This document shows positions 56,017-64,000 of a stretch of 64,000 bases of DNA, piece after piece. Under the pieces are notes generated by a model that saw only the letters and a list, made by a program, of their open reading frames with translations, was not told where the DNA came from and searched no databases. Origin of the DNA: an uncultured Frigoriglobus sp. (GTDB lineage: Bacteria > Planctomycetota > Planctomycetia > Gemmatales > Gemmataceae); assembly GCA_964495365.1 (NCBI GenBank), contig CAZBXY010000003.1, forward strand, positions 11,180 through 75,179. The letters are read 5' to 3'. The stretch's first letter is position 1; each line of letters opens with the position of its first letter. The translations under genes were made by a program, and so were the position numbers.

Positions 56017-57315
56017 TCACGGAACTTTTGGGGCCGCCGGGGCGGCGTGTTCGCGGGCCAGGTCCGGGCGCCCGGTGCGCTCGTAGTAGGCGGCCAGCGC
56101 CCGGTGCGTCGGGGCGTGGTCCGGGCGCACCCGCAGGGCCGATTCGAGCCACCGCACGCCGTCGGTGTCGCGCCCGTAGCGCAGGAACAACTCGCCCATC
56201 TCGTGTCGCAGATCCGGGTTTTGCGGGGCCTTGCTGATGGCCTTCGCCAGTTCCGCGACCCGCTTCGAGTCCGCGTCGCTCCGCCGCCACCGCTCCTCCG
56301 CCGCCTGCGCTTCCGCCGGCGTACCCGCCTGCTTGGTGCAGAGGAAGATCGTGTACAGCAGATCGACTTCCGCCTGCGGCCGGTCGGCGGCGCGGCGGAG
56401 GAACGGCAGCGCCTCGGCGGGCCGGCCGCGGTTCATCTCGAGTCGCCCCCGGTAGTGCAGCGCCTGGAAGTAGTGGAGCGCCTGCGGGTCGCGCGAGCCG
56501 GCGATGACGCGGTCGAGGATCGCAACGGCTTCGTCCAGGCGGCCCTGGGCCTCGCGGCACGCGCCCAGTTGGACCTGGGCGGCGGGGTCGGCGGGGTCGG
56601 TCGTGGTCAGCCACTCCGCGTGCCCGGCCGCCTCGTCCGGGGCCAGCCGGGTTTCGTACAGCATCCGGACGAGCGAGGTCCGGGCGCGGCGGTCGTTCGG
56701 GGCCAGTTCGACCAGCCGGCGCAGCGCGGTGACCGCGTCCTCTTTCCGCCGCAGGCGCTCCAGGACGTCGGCCCGGTACGTCCACGCGGGCACCGAGTCG
56801 GGGACCAGTTCCACCCACTTGGCGGCCAGCGTGCCGGCGTCGCCGATCCGAAACTCGGCCATGTACGCGGGGACGAGCAGGGCGATCATCTCGGCCGATT
56901 GGGGGTGTCCCTCGGTGACGTACCACCGCAGCGCCGGTTCGACATCGGGCAGATACGCGAACTGGGCCTGAATGAGAATCTCTTCCACCTCGATTTCGTC
57001 CGGGGCGCGGCCGAGCTGGGCGGCCGTTCGGAGGTGCGTTTTCGCCGCGTTGTGGTCCCCGCACCGCCGGGCCGCGCGGGCCGCCAGAAAGTGTGCCTCG
57101 GCGCTATTGGGCCACGATTCCAGGCACCGGTCGAGGAGCGGCCGGGCGCCGGCCGGGTCGCCGCGCTCCAGGGCGTCGCGACCGGCCTTCAGGTTGTTCC
57201 ACGCGGTCGTGTGGACCCACGCCTGCCAGCCCGCGAGGACCACCACGAGCGCGAGCACGATCCGGGCGCGCCGGCGCCATCGGGAGCGGGTCGGAGGTGG
57301 GGTTGGAGTGGACAT
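56017..57315 (-). CDS. TPR repeat protein with N-terminal anchor
   Basis: TM anchor and TPR patterns to the C-terminus. Confidence 0.85.
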   Translation of the reverse strand: MSTPTPPPTRSRWRRRARIVLALVVVLAGWQAWVHTTAWNNLKAGRDALERGDPAGARPLLDRCLESWPNSAEAHFLAARAARRCGDHNAAKTHLRTAAQLGRAPDEIEVEEILIQAQFAYLPDVEPALRWYVTEGHPQSAEMIALLVPAYMAEFRIGDAGTLAAKWVELVPDSVPAWTYRADVLERLRRKEDAVTALRRLVELAPNDRRARTSLVRMLYETRLAPDEAAGHAEWLTTTDPADPAAQVQLGACREAQGRLDEAVAILDRVIAGSRDPQALHYFQALHYRGRLEMNRGRPAEALPFLRRAADRPQAEVDLLYTIFLCTKQAGTPAEAQAAEERWRRSDADSKRVAELAKAISKAPQNPDLRHEMGELFLRYGRDTDGVRWLESALRVRPDHAPTHRALAAYYERTGRPDLAREHAAPAAPKVP

Positions 57316-57324
57316 CGAGAGCGG

Positions 57325-57948
57325 TCACTCGCGGAGCGCGTCGGCGATTGCGTCGTCCAGGATGCGCTCCCAGTCCTTCGGATCCTGGTGCCGGTCGCGC
57401 CCGCGGGAGTCGGTCCACCGGACGCGCCCGTCCGGGCCGACGAGGTAGAGGGTCGGGGCGACCTCGTACGGGGAGGGGCCGGACATGCCCGACCCGGCGC
57501 CCAGCGCCGCGATCATCTGCTCCGTCGCGCCGTAGCCGTTGGGCCACGGCAGGGCGTGAGTTTTGACGAAGTTCTCCACGATCTTCTTGTTCGTGTTCGT
57601 GATGCCGACGAAGGCGACGCCCTGCGGGGAGTACTTCTCGTAGGCGCGGGTCAGCCCGGGCGCGGACATCGCGCAGTACGGGCACCAGAGCGCCCACACG
57701 TCTACCACCATGAGGCGCACGCCCGGCGCCCCGGGCGCCGGCGGGGTGCCGTTGAGCCAGCCCTCGGCCCGGAGCGGCGGAAAGACCGCGCCGACCCGCA
57801 GCGGCGGCGACGCGACGCCCGACGCCCGGCCGAGGTCGTCGGATTCCGCCGGCGGCGGGGGCGGGGCGCTGTCCAGCCCGCAACCGAGCGCGCTTGCCAG
57901 GACGAGCGCGAGGCCGACGCAACGTGACGTGTTCAAGTTCGTCTCCAA
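57325..57948 (-). CDS. TlpA/redoxin-family lipoprotein
   Basis: Lipobox ALGC, VVDVWALWCPYC, PTLYLVGPDGRVRW. Confidence 0.85.
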   Translation of the reverse strand: METNLNTSRCVGLALVLASALGCGLDSAPPPPPAESDDLGRASGVASPPLRVGAVFPPLRAEGWLNGTPPAPGAPGVRLMVVDVWALWCPYCAMSAPGLTRAYEKYSPQGVAFVGITNTNKKIVENFVKTHALPWPNGYGATEQMIAALGAGSGMSGPSPYEVAPTLYLVGPDGRVRWTDSRGRDRHQDPKDWERILDDAIADALRE

Positions 57949-57964
57949 AGTGGGGGCAGCGCCG

Positions 57965-59737
57965 TTACTTCTTCACCTCGGCCTTCTTCGGCTTGTCGGC
58001 GCCCTCGGTCAGTTCCCAGTAGGCGTCCGCTTCCAGCCCCGTGACCTCCTGCACCTTACCTGATGGCCAGTATACCGTCACGCGCGTGAGCTTGGTTTCG
58101 GTATTCAGGCCGAAGTGCAACCGCGGGTCGTTGGTCGAGGCGTAGCTCGCCCCGCCCTTGACGAACCGCGTCTGCTTGCCGGCGGCGGTTTCGAGCACCA
58201 CCCGCGCGCCGACCACGTCCGCCCCCTTCTCGCCCAGGAGCCGCAGCCCGACCCAGTGGCGCCCCTCGGCCGGGGCGACGTTCCGCAGCAGCACCACCGG
58301 TTCGTTCAGGTGGCTGACGACGAGGTCGATCTTGCCGTCGTTGTCAAGGTCGCCGAACGCGGCCCCGCGGGCGTTGTGGACGTCGCCGAGGTACGGCCAC
58401 CCCTTGCTCGGCAGGTGCTTGAACTTCCCGTTCTCGTTGCGGAGCAAGACCGGGCGCTGTCGGCGGTCGATCTTGGTCGGGAACCGGATCGCGTGGCCGC
58501 TGACAATGAGGACGTCTTCCCAGCCCTTGTTGTCGTGGTCGAAGAACCCGGTACCCCAACTGACGTAGCTGCCGCCGATGACCCCGACGCCGGCCTGGAG
58601 CGTGTCGTAGGTGAACCGCGTCTGCCCCTTCTCGGTCCGGTTGCGGTACAGGGCCGGCAGCTCGTTCTCGTAGTTGGTGACGAAGATCGAGGGCCGGCCG
58701 GTGCGGTCGAAGTCGCCGGCGTCGAGGCCCATGCTCCCGTTGGCGATCCCGCGATCGTCGCGGGCCACGCCGGCGAACAGTCCGACCTCCTCGAACACCA
58801 CTTCGCCCTTCTTGCCGCGGTTCAGGTACAGGAAGTTGTCGTCGGTGTCGTTGGCGGAGTACACGTCCGGGCGCCCGTCGCCGTCCACGTCCACGAAGAT
58901 GACGCCGATCCCGCGCCCGTCCTTGCGGAGCTTGAGCTTGTCGGAGATGTCGGTGAAGGTGCCGTTGCCGTTGTTCTTGTAGACGGTGTGCGGGAGCGGC
59001 TGGAACTTGCGCGGCGGGCACACGTCGCGGGTCTTGCCGTCGTAAGTGCAATCGGTGGGATGGTTCGTGTCGAATCCCCAGTCGCCGTAGTGGCACACGT
59101 AGAGGTCCGGGTAGCCGTCGCCGTCGAGGTCGCCCCACGCGGAGGAGGTGGACCACAGGTTGTCGTTCAGCCCGGCCTTTTTGGTCACGTCCACGAACTT
59201 CCGCCCGCCCTCGTCGTCGCCTTCATTGCGGAGCAGCACGAGTCGGTTGTACCCGGTGACGAGCAGGTCGAGGTGGCCGTCGCGGTCGAAGTCGAACGCC
59301 GCGGCGCCGTGGTTGTACTGGAAGCCGATCTTGTCGAGGCCGACTTTGGCCGACACGTCTTCAAACTTGAAGTTGCCGAGGTTGCGGAACAGCTTGCACG
59401 GGTGGCCGAGCACCTTCTTGCCGTCGTAGGTGCCGCCGCCGGGCAGGAACACATCGAGCAGCCCGTCGCCGTCGTAATCGAACAGGGCGATCCCGCCGCC
59501 GAGCGATTCGATGATCGCGAAGTGCCCGGCCTCTTCGCCGTTGCGGTAGGTGAAGTTGATCCCGCTGGCGCCGGTTTGGTCGATGAACGGGGCGGCGCCG
59601 GCGGGTTCCTCTTCGGGTTGCCCCGCAGGGGCCGGCGCGGTGGACGGGGTGTTGGGCGTACAGGCGACGACCAGCGCGGCGATGCCCGCGACGGTTGCGG
59701 ATAACAGCGCGAGCCAGCGGACGTGTCGAGATCGCAT
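57965..59737 (-). CDS. CRTAC1 / FG-GAP repeat + ASPIC-UnbV protein
   Basis: Repeated D.DGDG..D loops; C-terminal GGASYASTNDPRLHFGL and V.WPSG. Confidence 0.92.
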   Translation of the reverse strand: MRSRHVRWLALLSATVAGIAALVVACTPNTPSTAPAPAGQPEEEPAGAAPFIDQTGASGINFTYRNGEEAGHFAIIESLGGGIALFDYDGDGLLDVFLPGGGTYDGKKVLGHPCKLFRNLGNFKFEDVSAKVGLDKIGFQYNHGAAAFDFDRDGHLDLLVTGYNRLVLLRNEGDDEGGRKFVDVTKKAGLNDNLWSTSSAWGDLDGDGYPDLYVCHYGDWGFDTNHPTDCTYDGKTRDVCPPRKFQPLPHTVYKNNGNGTFTDISDKLKLRKDGRGIGVIFVDVDGDGRPDVYSANDTDDNFLYLNRGKKGEVVFEEVGLFAGVARDDRGIANGSMGLDAGDFDRTGRPSIFVTNYENELPALYRNRTEKGQTRFTYDTLQAGVGVIGGSYVSWGTGFFDHDNKGWEDVLIVSGHAIRFPTKIDRRQRPVLLRNENGKFKHLPSKGWPYLGDVHNARGAAFGDLDNDGKIDLVVSHLNEPVVLLRNVAPAEGRHWVGLRLLGEKGADVVGARVVLETAAGKQTRFVKGGASYASTNDPRLHFGLNTETKLTRVTVYWPSGKVQEVTGLEADAYWELTEGADKPKKAEVKK

Positions 59738-59808
59738 GGCGGCACCACGATAAGGAGAGATGAGACCTCGCGACATCTCATTATCTACGATCCGCGGTTC
59801 CCCGCAGT

Positions 59809-61941
59809 TCAATTCTTGCGCGCACGCAGTTCTTCCAGCCGGCGCTGGATCTTCGGCACCAGTCCCGGCGCGCTGGTCCTGGCCGCGTCGAGCGCTTTCT
59901 GGGCCGTCTCGATCGCTTCCTCAAAGCGGTTTGCGGCGGCGAGGGCATCCACCAGCGTGAGCAACACATCGGCGTTGCGGAAATCGGTCAGCTGCGCCGC
60001 CCGGCGCGCGTGTCGGAGTGCCTCTGCGGTCTGGCCCTGCTGCCGCAGCGCGTGACTCAAACCCTGGTAGGCGCCGGCCTGGTTCGGGTCGATCGTGACC
60101 GCCTGGCGGAACCGCGTCGCGGCGTCCGGCCAGCGTTCCAGCGCGAGTTGCGTCAAACCCCAGCGGTAGTTGATCTCCGACGCGAACGGCTGCAACTCGT
60201 CCGCCTTGCGGAACAGGTCCGCGGCTTCTGTGTGTTTACCGTCGAGGTAGGCCAGCCAGCCGAGCATGTTGTAGCCGTAAGCGTCGTCGGGGTCGTACTT
60301 TGCGACGGCAAGTAGGTGTTCGGCCGCTCGCGTGCGGTCGCCGGTCACGGCGAACATCGTACCCAGCTTTCCGTGCGCCTGCGCCCAGTCCGGTTTCAGC
60401 TTCAAAAGCCCTTCAAGCTGTTGGATCGCCTCCGGGAATCGGCGGGCGCCGAAGTGGCGTTCCGCGCCGAGGAACCCGTCTTCCAGGCCGCTTTGAAGAG
60501 CGATGACCTTGCTTAGCCGCTCGCGGGCGGCCGGAGTGGGGTTCGCGCGGATGGCTTCGCGGATCGCGCCGATTTCCTCGATGAACTTGTACTCGCGGTG
60601 GAGTCGGTCGGCCTCGCGGAGCCAGTGGGCTGCGAGTTCGCCCCTCAGTTCGTCGGCCTTCGGCTTCGCATTCGGTTGCGCCGCGTGCCACGCCGCGAGG
60701 ACTTCCAGTCTGGCCGCGGGGTAGACCGCGATGCGGTGTTCGTGCGGGCGCACCGGGAAGACGTAGCGGTCGTTGGCGGTGTGGAAGTTCACGCCGACGC
60801 GCGTGTACCGCGGCATGTGACAGCCGACGCAATCGTTGCCCGCGCCGGCCGGGAGGCGCGGTTGTTCGCGGCAATCGGCCTGTTTGTGACAGTGGCTGCA
60901 AGCCGCGGCGACCTGGGCGGGGTCGGACGGCTGGTGCGGGTCGTGGCAGGTGACGCACGTCAGCGAATTGCTCTTTTGGTAACACTTGCTCTGCTTCAAA
61001 TACCGCGTCTGATCGGCGACGTGGTCGTTTTCGCGCCCGGTGGCGGTGAGGGTGCGGAAGTGCTTATCGAGCGGCTCACCGGGACGGTAACTGAACGCCG
61101 GCCCGCGGGCGCGCATGGCGTTACTGTGGCACTGGGCACACACGTCCATGAGGCGATCGCGCTCGCGGCGCCCCGGATGGACGATCGCACGTGGGGCGCC
61201 GCGAGCGTGCGCGCGGTGGTGGGCGACGTGATCGCGCCCCGGACCGTGGCAACTCTCGCACGTCACCCCGAAAACGGCGTCGTTTCGTCGGTACTCGTTC
61301 TCGGTTCCGCGAACGTGGCCGAGCCACGTGTTGTGGCACTCGACGCAACGAGTTGTGACACTGCGGGTTAGATCGGGACTGGCGTTGTGTCGCTGTTCGC
61401 CCCACTCGGCGGTAGGGTGCAGCCACGCGGCCGGGAGTTCGCAGAGCTGGTCGCCTTTCCAGGTGAAGTACACCTCGTCGGCCCCGCCGGCGGAGCCGTA
61501 AATCAGGTCGATTTGCAGCGGCGCGTTTGCCCCTTGCGGGTTGGAGACGGTCTGAAGGAAGTCGCGGCCCGCGCGGTCGAACTGGTATTGCGCTCCCGGT
61601 ATCCGCGGCGATTTCAACGACGTTCGGTTAAACGCATTGGGCATCGGTCCGCGTTCGGGACTCCAGGTCGCCCGGAAGTGCCGCGTCTTCTGGAACTCGG
61701 CGGTTCGCGGGCCGTGGCACTCGGCGCACGCCGCCGGGCCGACGTATCCGGGATTGCTGAGAACGAGCGGTTCGTCGATATCGGGTTCGTCGGCGGGGGG
61801 AAGTTGGGCAACCGGAGTCGGCGTGGGCGTTTGTCGGAGCCACACCCACCACGTCACCCCGCCTGCGAGCGCGACCAGCACCGCGAGCGCGACCCACCGG
61901 CGCGTCTGGTTCGCCGACGGCGGGGGAGGGCTGTCGCTCAT
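59809..61941 (-). CDS. Multiheme cytochrome c (7 CxxCH) + TPR
   Basis: CAECH, CVECH, CESCH, CAQCH, CVTCH, CSHCH, CVGCH; C-terminal TPRs. Confidence 0.88.
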   Translation of the reverse strand: MSDSPPPPSANQTRRWVALAVLVALAGGVTWWVWLRQTPTPTPVAQLPPADEPDIDEPLVLSNPGYVGPAACAECHGPRTAEFQKTRHFRATWSPERGPMPNAFNRTSLKSPRIPGAQYQFDRAGRDFLQTVSNPQGANAPLQIDLIYGSAGGADEVYFTWKGDQLCELPAAWLHPTAEWGEQRHNASPDLTRSVTTRCVECHNTWLGHVRGTENEYRRNDAVFGVTCESCHGPGRDHVAHHRAHARGAPRAIVHPGRRERDRLMDVCAQCHSNAMRARGPAFSYRPGEPLDKHFRTLTATGRENDHVADQTRYLKQSKCYQKSNSLTCVTCHDPHQPSDPAQVAAACSHCHKQADCREQPRLPAGAGNDCVGCHMPRYTRVGVNFHTANDRYVFPVRPHEHRIAVYPAARLEVLAAWHAAQPNAKPKADELRGELAAHWLREADRLHREYKFIEEIGAIREAIRANPTPAARERLSKVIALQSGLEDGFLGAERHFGARRFPEAIQQLEGLLKLKPDWAQAHGKLGTMFAVTGDRTRAAEHLLAVAKYDPDDAYGYNMLGWLAYLDGKHTEAADLFRKADELQPFASEINYRWGLTQLALERWPDAATRFRQAVTIDPNQAGAYQGLSHALRQQGQTAEALRHARRAAQLTDFRNADVLLTLVDALAAANRFEEAIETAQKALDAARTSAPGLVPKIQRRLEELRARKN

Positions 61942-62060
61942 GCACCGGTTCCTCGCGGGGGTGAGTTCATCGTACCGCGAGTCGTGCGGTTGATCGACCT
62001 CTTGGAGTCGGTTCCTTCTCCGATTTCGGCCCGACCGCGGGGAAACAAGCGATTCGCTCA

Positions 62061-62176
62061 AAGAGCGCCTAAGAGCGCCTAAGAGCGCCTAAGGACGCCA
62101 AAGAGCGCCACCTGGCGTTCTTAGACCAAACCCTGGAAATCCTGGGCTTTCGTCCCAAGTGCGCCCAAGAGCGCCA
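62061..62176 (+). repeat. 10-bp tandem repeat AAGAGCGCCN
   Basis: Five units at 62061-62110 (one degenerate) and two more at 62157-62176. Confidence 0.85.
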
Positions 62177-62273
62177 ACTTATGTACCTCCGTCTACTTAA
62201 CTAGACATTTGCGCACATTTACTCTCGGGATAACTACCCATTTGCGACACTCCCGTCATCAATCCAACCGGAC

Positions 62274-62942
62274 CTATTCCTTGCCCAGAACCAGATCGAC
62301 CACCCAGCACCCGCGAACGTGCGTCAGTGACGTATCGCGACAGTGGTTGAGGATGTCGTCGTTGTCGCACCCCGCGTCTTGCAGCGAGTCCGCCAGAATC
62401 GGCATCGCGCTGAACTCACGCGATTCGTACATCTGCCGCGCGAGGGTGACGGCAGTATCGGTGCGCCAGTCGGAGGAGAAGGCGACGGGGCGGAAGGGAT
62501 TGCCAAAAATGTCGCGCACGAGAGCGACATAAAACGCTCGTCGCCGTTTCTGTTTCTCCCAAGCCCAGAACCGCAACGATCGCTCGGACGCTTCGAGGTC
62601 CACACAGGCAGCGAGAGTTCTCAAGCCGGCGTCAAAAGAATGAGGTTCCGAGAGGTAGTGAATGGGTGGAAATGACTCGTGCGGGTTCCGCCAACCGTTT
62701 CGATAAAGTGTTTGCCACACCACATTGGCGGCCTCGATCAACGCCTCGCGGATGACCCATCCATCCGCGTACGCTTCGGCGACATCGATCTTGTGTTGGC
62801 TCTCACGATCCGCGACCGGAGAGCGAAGGGACCGGCAACCGGCACACCCAAGAAGGCGAAACTTTCGGTCGCTTCCCTTATCTTCGAGCGCTTCCACCAT
62901 CTGGACCGGGTTCGCACACGTCAGCCATTCCGATTCCGTCAT
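62274..62942 (-). CDS. Gemmata-expanded hypothetical family (often annotated SMI1/KNR4-like)
   Basis: MTESEWL.C.NP..M...RKFRL; RDIFGNPFRPV.FS.DWRT...FSAMPILAD.LQDAGC...HVRGCWVVDLVLGKE. Confidence 0.8.
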   Translation of the reverse strand: MTESEWLTCANPVQMVEALEDKGSDRKFRLLGCAGCRSLRSPVADRESQHKIDVAEAYADGWVIREALIEAANVVWQTLYRNGWRNPHESFPPIHYLSEPHSFDAGLRTLAACVDLEASERSLRFWAWEKQKRRRAFYVALVRDIFGNPFRPVAFSSDWRTDTAVTLARQMYESREFSAMPILADSLQDAGCDNDDILNHCRDTSLTHVRGCWVVDLVLGKE

Positions 62943-63802
62943 GGCGTGTCCTTCAGTTCGGTGAGGCGGTCGCGGGCTTCGCCCTCCACAAACTGGCGCA
63001 CGCGAGCGTCTTCTGCGGTCGCCAGGCCTTCCGGCGGGCCGTCGTAGAGGATTTGCTTCTCGTCCGCACCCAGGCGCGAGCGCGGGTAGAGCATCACCAC
63101 GCGACTCGCGCACTTCTGCACCGTTCGCATCTCGTGCGTGACGATCACCGATGTCACCGGGCGACGCGATCGCGTTTGCAGGATTAACTCGTTAATCACA
63201 TCGGTCATGATTGGATCGAGACCGGTCGTCGGTTCGTCGTAGAGCATCACGTCGGGGTCGAGCGCCAGCGCCCGGGCCAGACCGACGCGCTTCCGCATCC
63301 CGCCGGACAACTCCGCGGGCATTTTTGATTCCGCCGCGACCGGCATACCTACTTCCTGCAACCGTTCGCGCACTTTCGCTGCGGTGTCGGTTTCGCTGAG
63401 TACACCCTTCGCCCGCAGGCCGAACGCGACGTTGTCGAACACCGTCAGGCTGTCGAACAGGGCCGCTTGCTGGAACAGGAACCCGACGCGGAGCCGCAGG
63501 CGTGTGAGTTCGGTTTCGGAGAGCGTGTGGAGCGGCTTGCCCTCGAACAGCACCTCGCCGGCGGTGGGCTTCAGCAACCCGACGATGAGCTTCAGCAGCA
63601 CCGTTTTGCCGCACCCGCTCTCGCCGATCACGCAAAGTGTGTCTTGCGGGAGGATATCGAGGTCGATGCCCGCGAGGACCGTTTGCGCCCCGAAGCGCAT
63701 ACTCACGCCGCGAAGCGAGACGATCGGCGAGGCTTCGGGTGGGCGACTCTCTCCGAGAGTCGGGGTCGTACCCGCGGAGTTGCTGTCCGGTTCTTGGTTC
63801 AC
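62939..63802 (-). CDS. ABC ATP-binding protein, MlaF/Mkl-like
   Basis: GESGCGKT, FLFQ.AALFDSLTVFDNVAF, PAELSGGMRKRVGLARAL, YDEPTTGLDP. Confidence 0.9.
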   Translation of the reverse strand: MNQEPDSNSAGTTPTLGESRPPEASPIVSLRGVSMRFGAQTVLAGIDLDILPQDTLCVIGESGCGKTVLLKLIVGLLKPTAGEVLFEGKPLHTLSETELTRLRLRVGFLFQQAALFDSLTVFDNVAFGLRAKGVLSETDTAAKVRERLQEVGMPVAAESKMPAELSGGMRKRVGLARALALDPDVMLYDEPTTGLDPIMTDVINELILQTRSRRPVTSVIVTHEMRTVQKCASRVVMLYPRSRLGADEKQILYDGPPEGLATAEDARVRQFVEGEARDRLTELKDTP

Positions 63803-63853
63803 GCTCCTGCACTCCGTCGCAGTCGCTCTCGGAGAGCGACCCACCCGAAAGAA

Positions 63854-64000
63854 TCACCCACCAAAATACGCCTTGTCCCGCTCCTCGTAGCCGGTGTAGC
63901 CGAGCGTGTCGTACAACTCCTGGCGCGTTTGCATGTTCGCGACGCTCGCCGCTTGCGTCCCGGTGGCGTGCAGGTCGCGGAGCGTGTTCTCGGCGGCCTT
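63854..64000 (-). CDS. prpB: Methylisocitrate lyase C-terminus (partial)
   Basis: KAAENTL...GTQ....NMQTRQELYDTLGYTGYEERD, then TGA. Confidence 0.7.
   Translation of the reverse strand, partial: KAAENTLRDLHATGTQAASVANMQTRQELYDTLGYTGYEERDKAYFGG

Overview
High-GC bacterial DNA, very likely a Gemmata-like planctomycete (DUF1559 prepilin-type gene, CRTAC1/ASPIC protein, multiheme-TPR proteins, planctomycete-type ECF sigma factors). Positions ~1-44,870 look like an accessory island. It carries (i) a non-canonical mer-like operon ending in a probable selenoprotein (HMA-thioredoxin lipoprotein with an in-frame TGA at the first Cys of CxxC plus a SECIS-like hairpin); (ii) a MOBF relaxase and TraD/TrwB coupling protein with no mating-pair genes, around cargo (DUF5131, TerY-like vWA plus kinase, secreted proteins); (iii) an ars operon that runs into alkaline phosphatase and pstS/pstCA/pstB; and (iv) a MerR-family regulon with three matching operators. 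The last operon of that regulon (CcdA-HMA, YPC-type P1B ATPase, HMA chaperone) runs co-directionally into hcnABC-like hydrogen cyanide synthase genes. The island ends in the middle of an attC site of an 'inverted-integrase' integron (two cassettes, attI, frameshifted intI; 44,870-47,150). Positions ~47,260-64,000 look like host chromosome. The best candidates for undescribed biology are metal-regulated cyanogenesis, the Sec-HMA protein, and island insertion into attC. All family calls come from motif recognition by eye; no searches were run.
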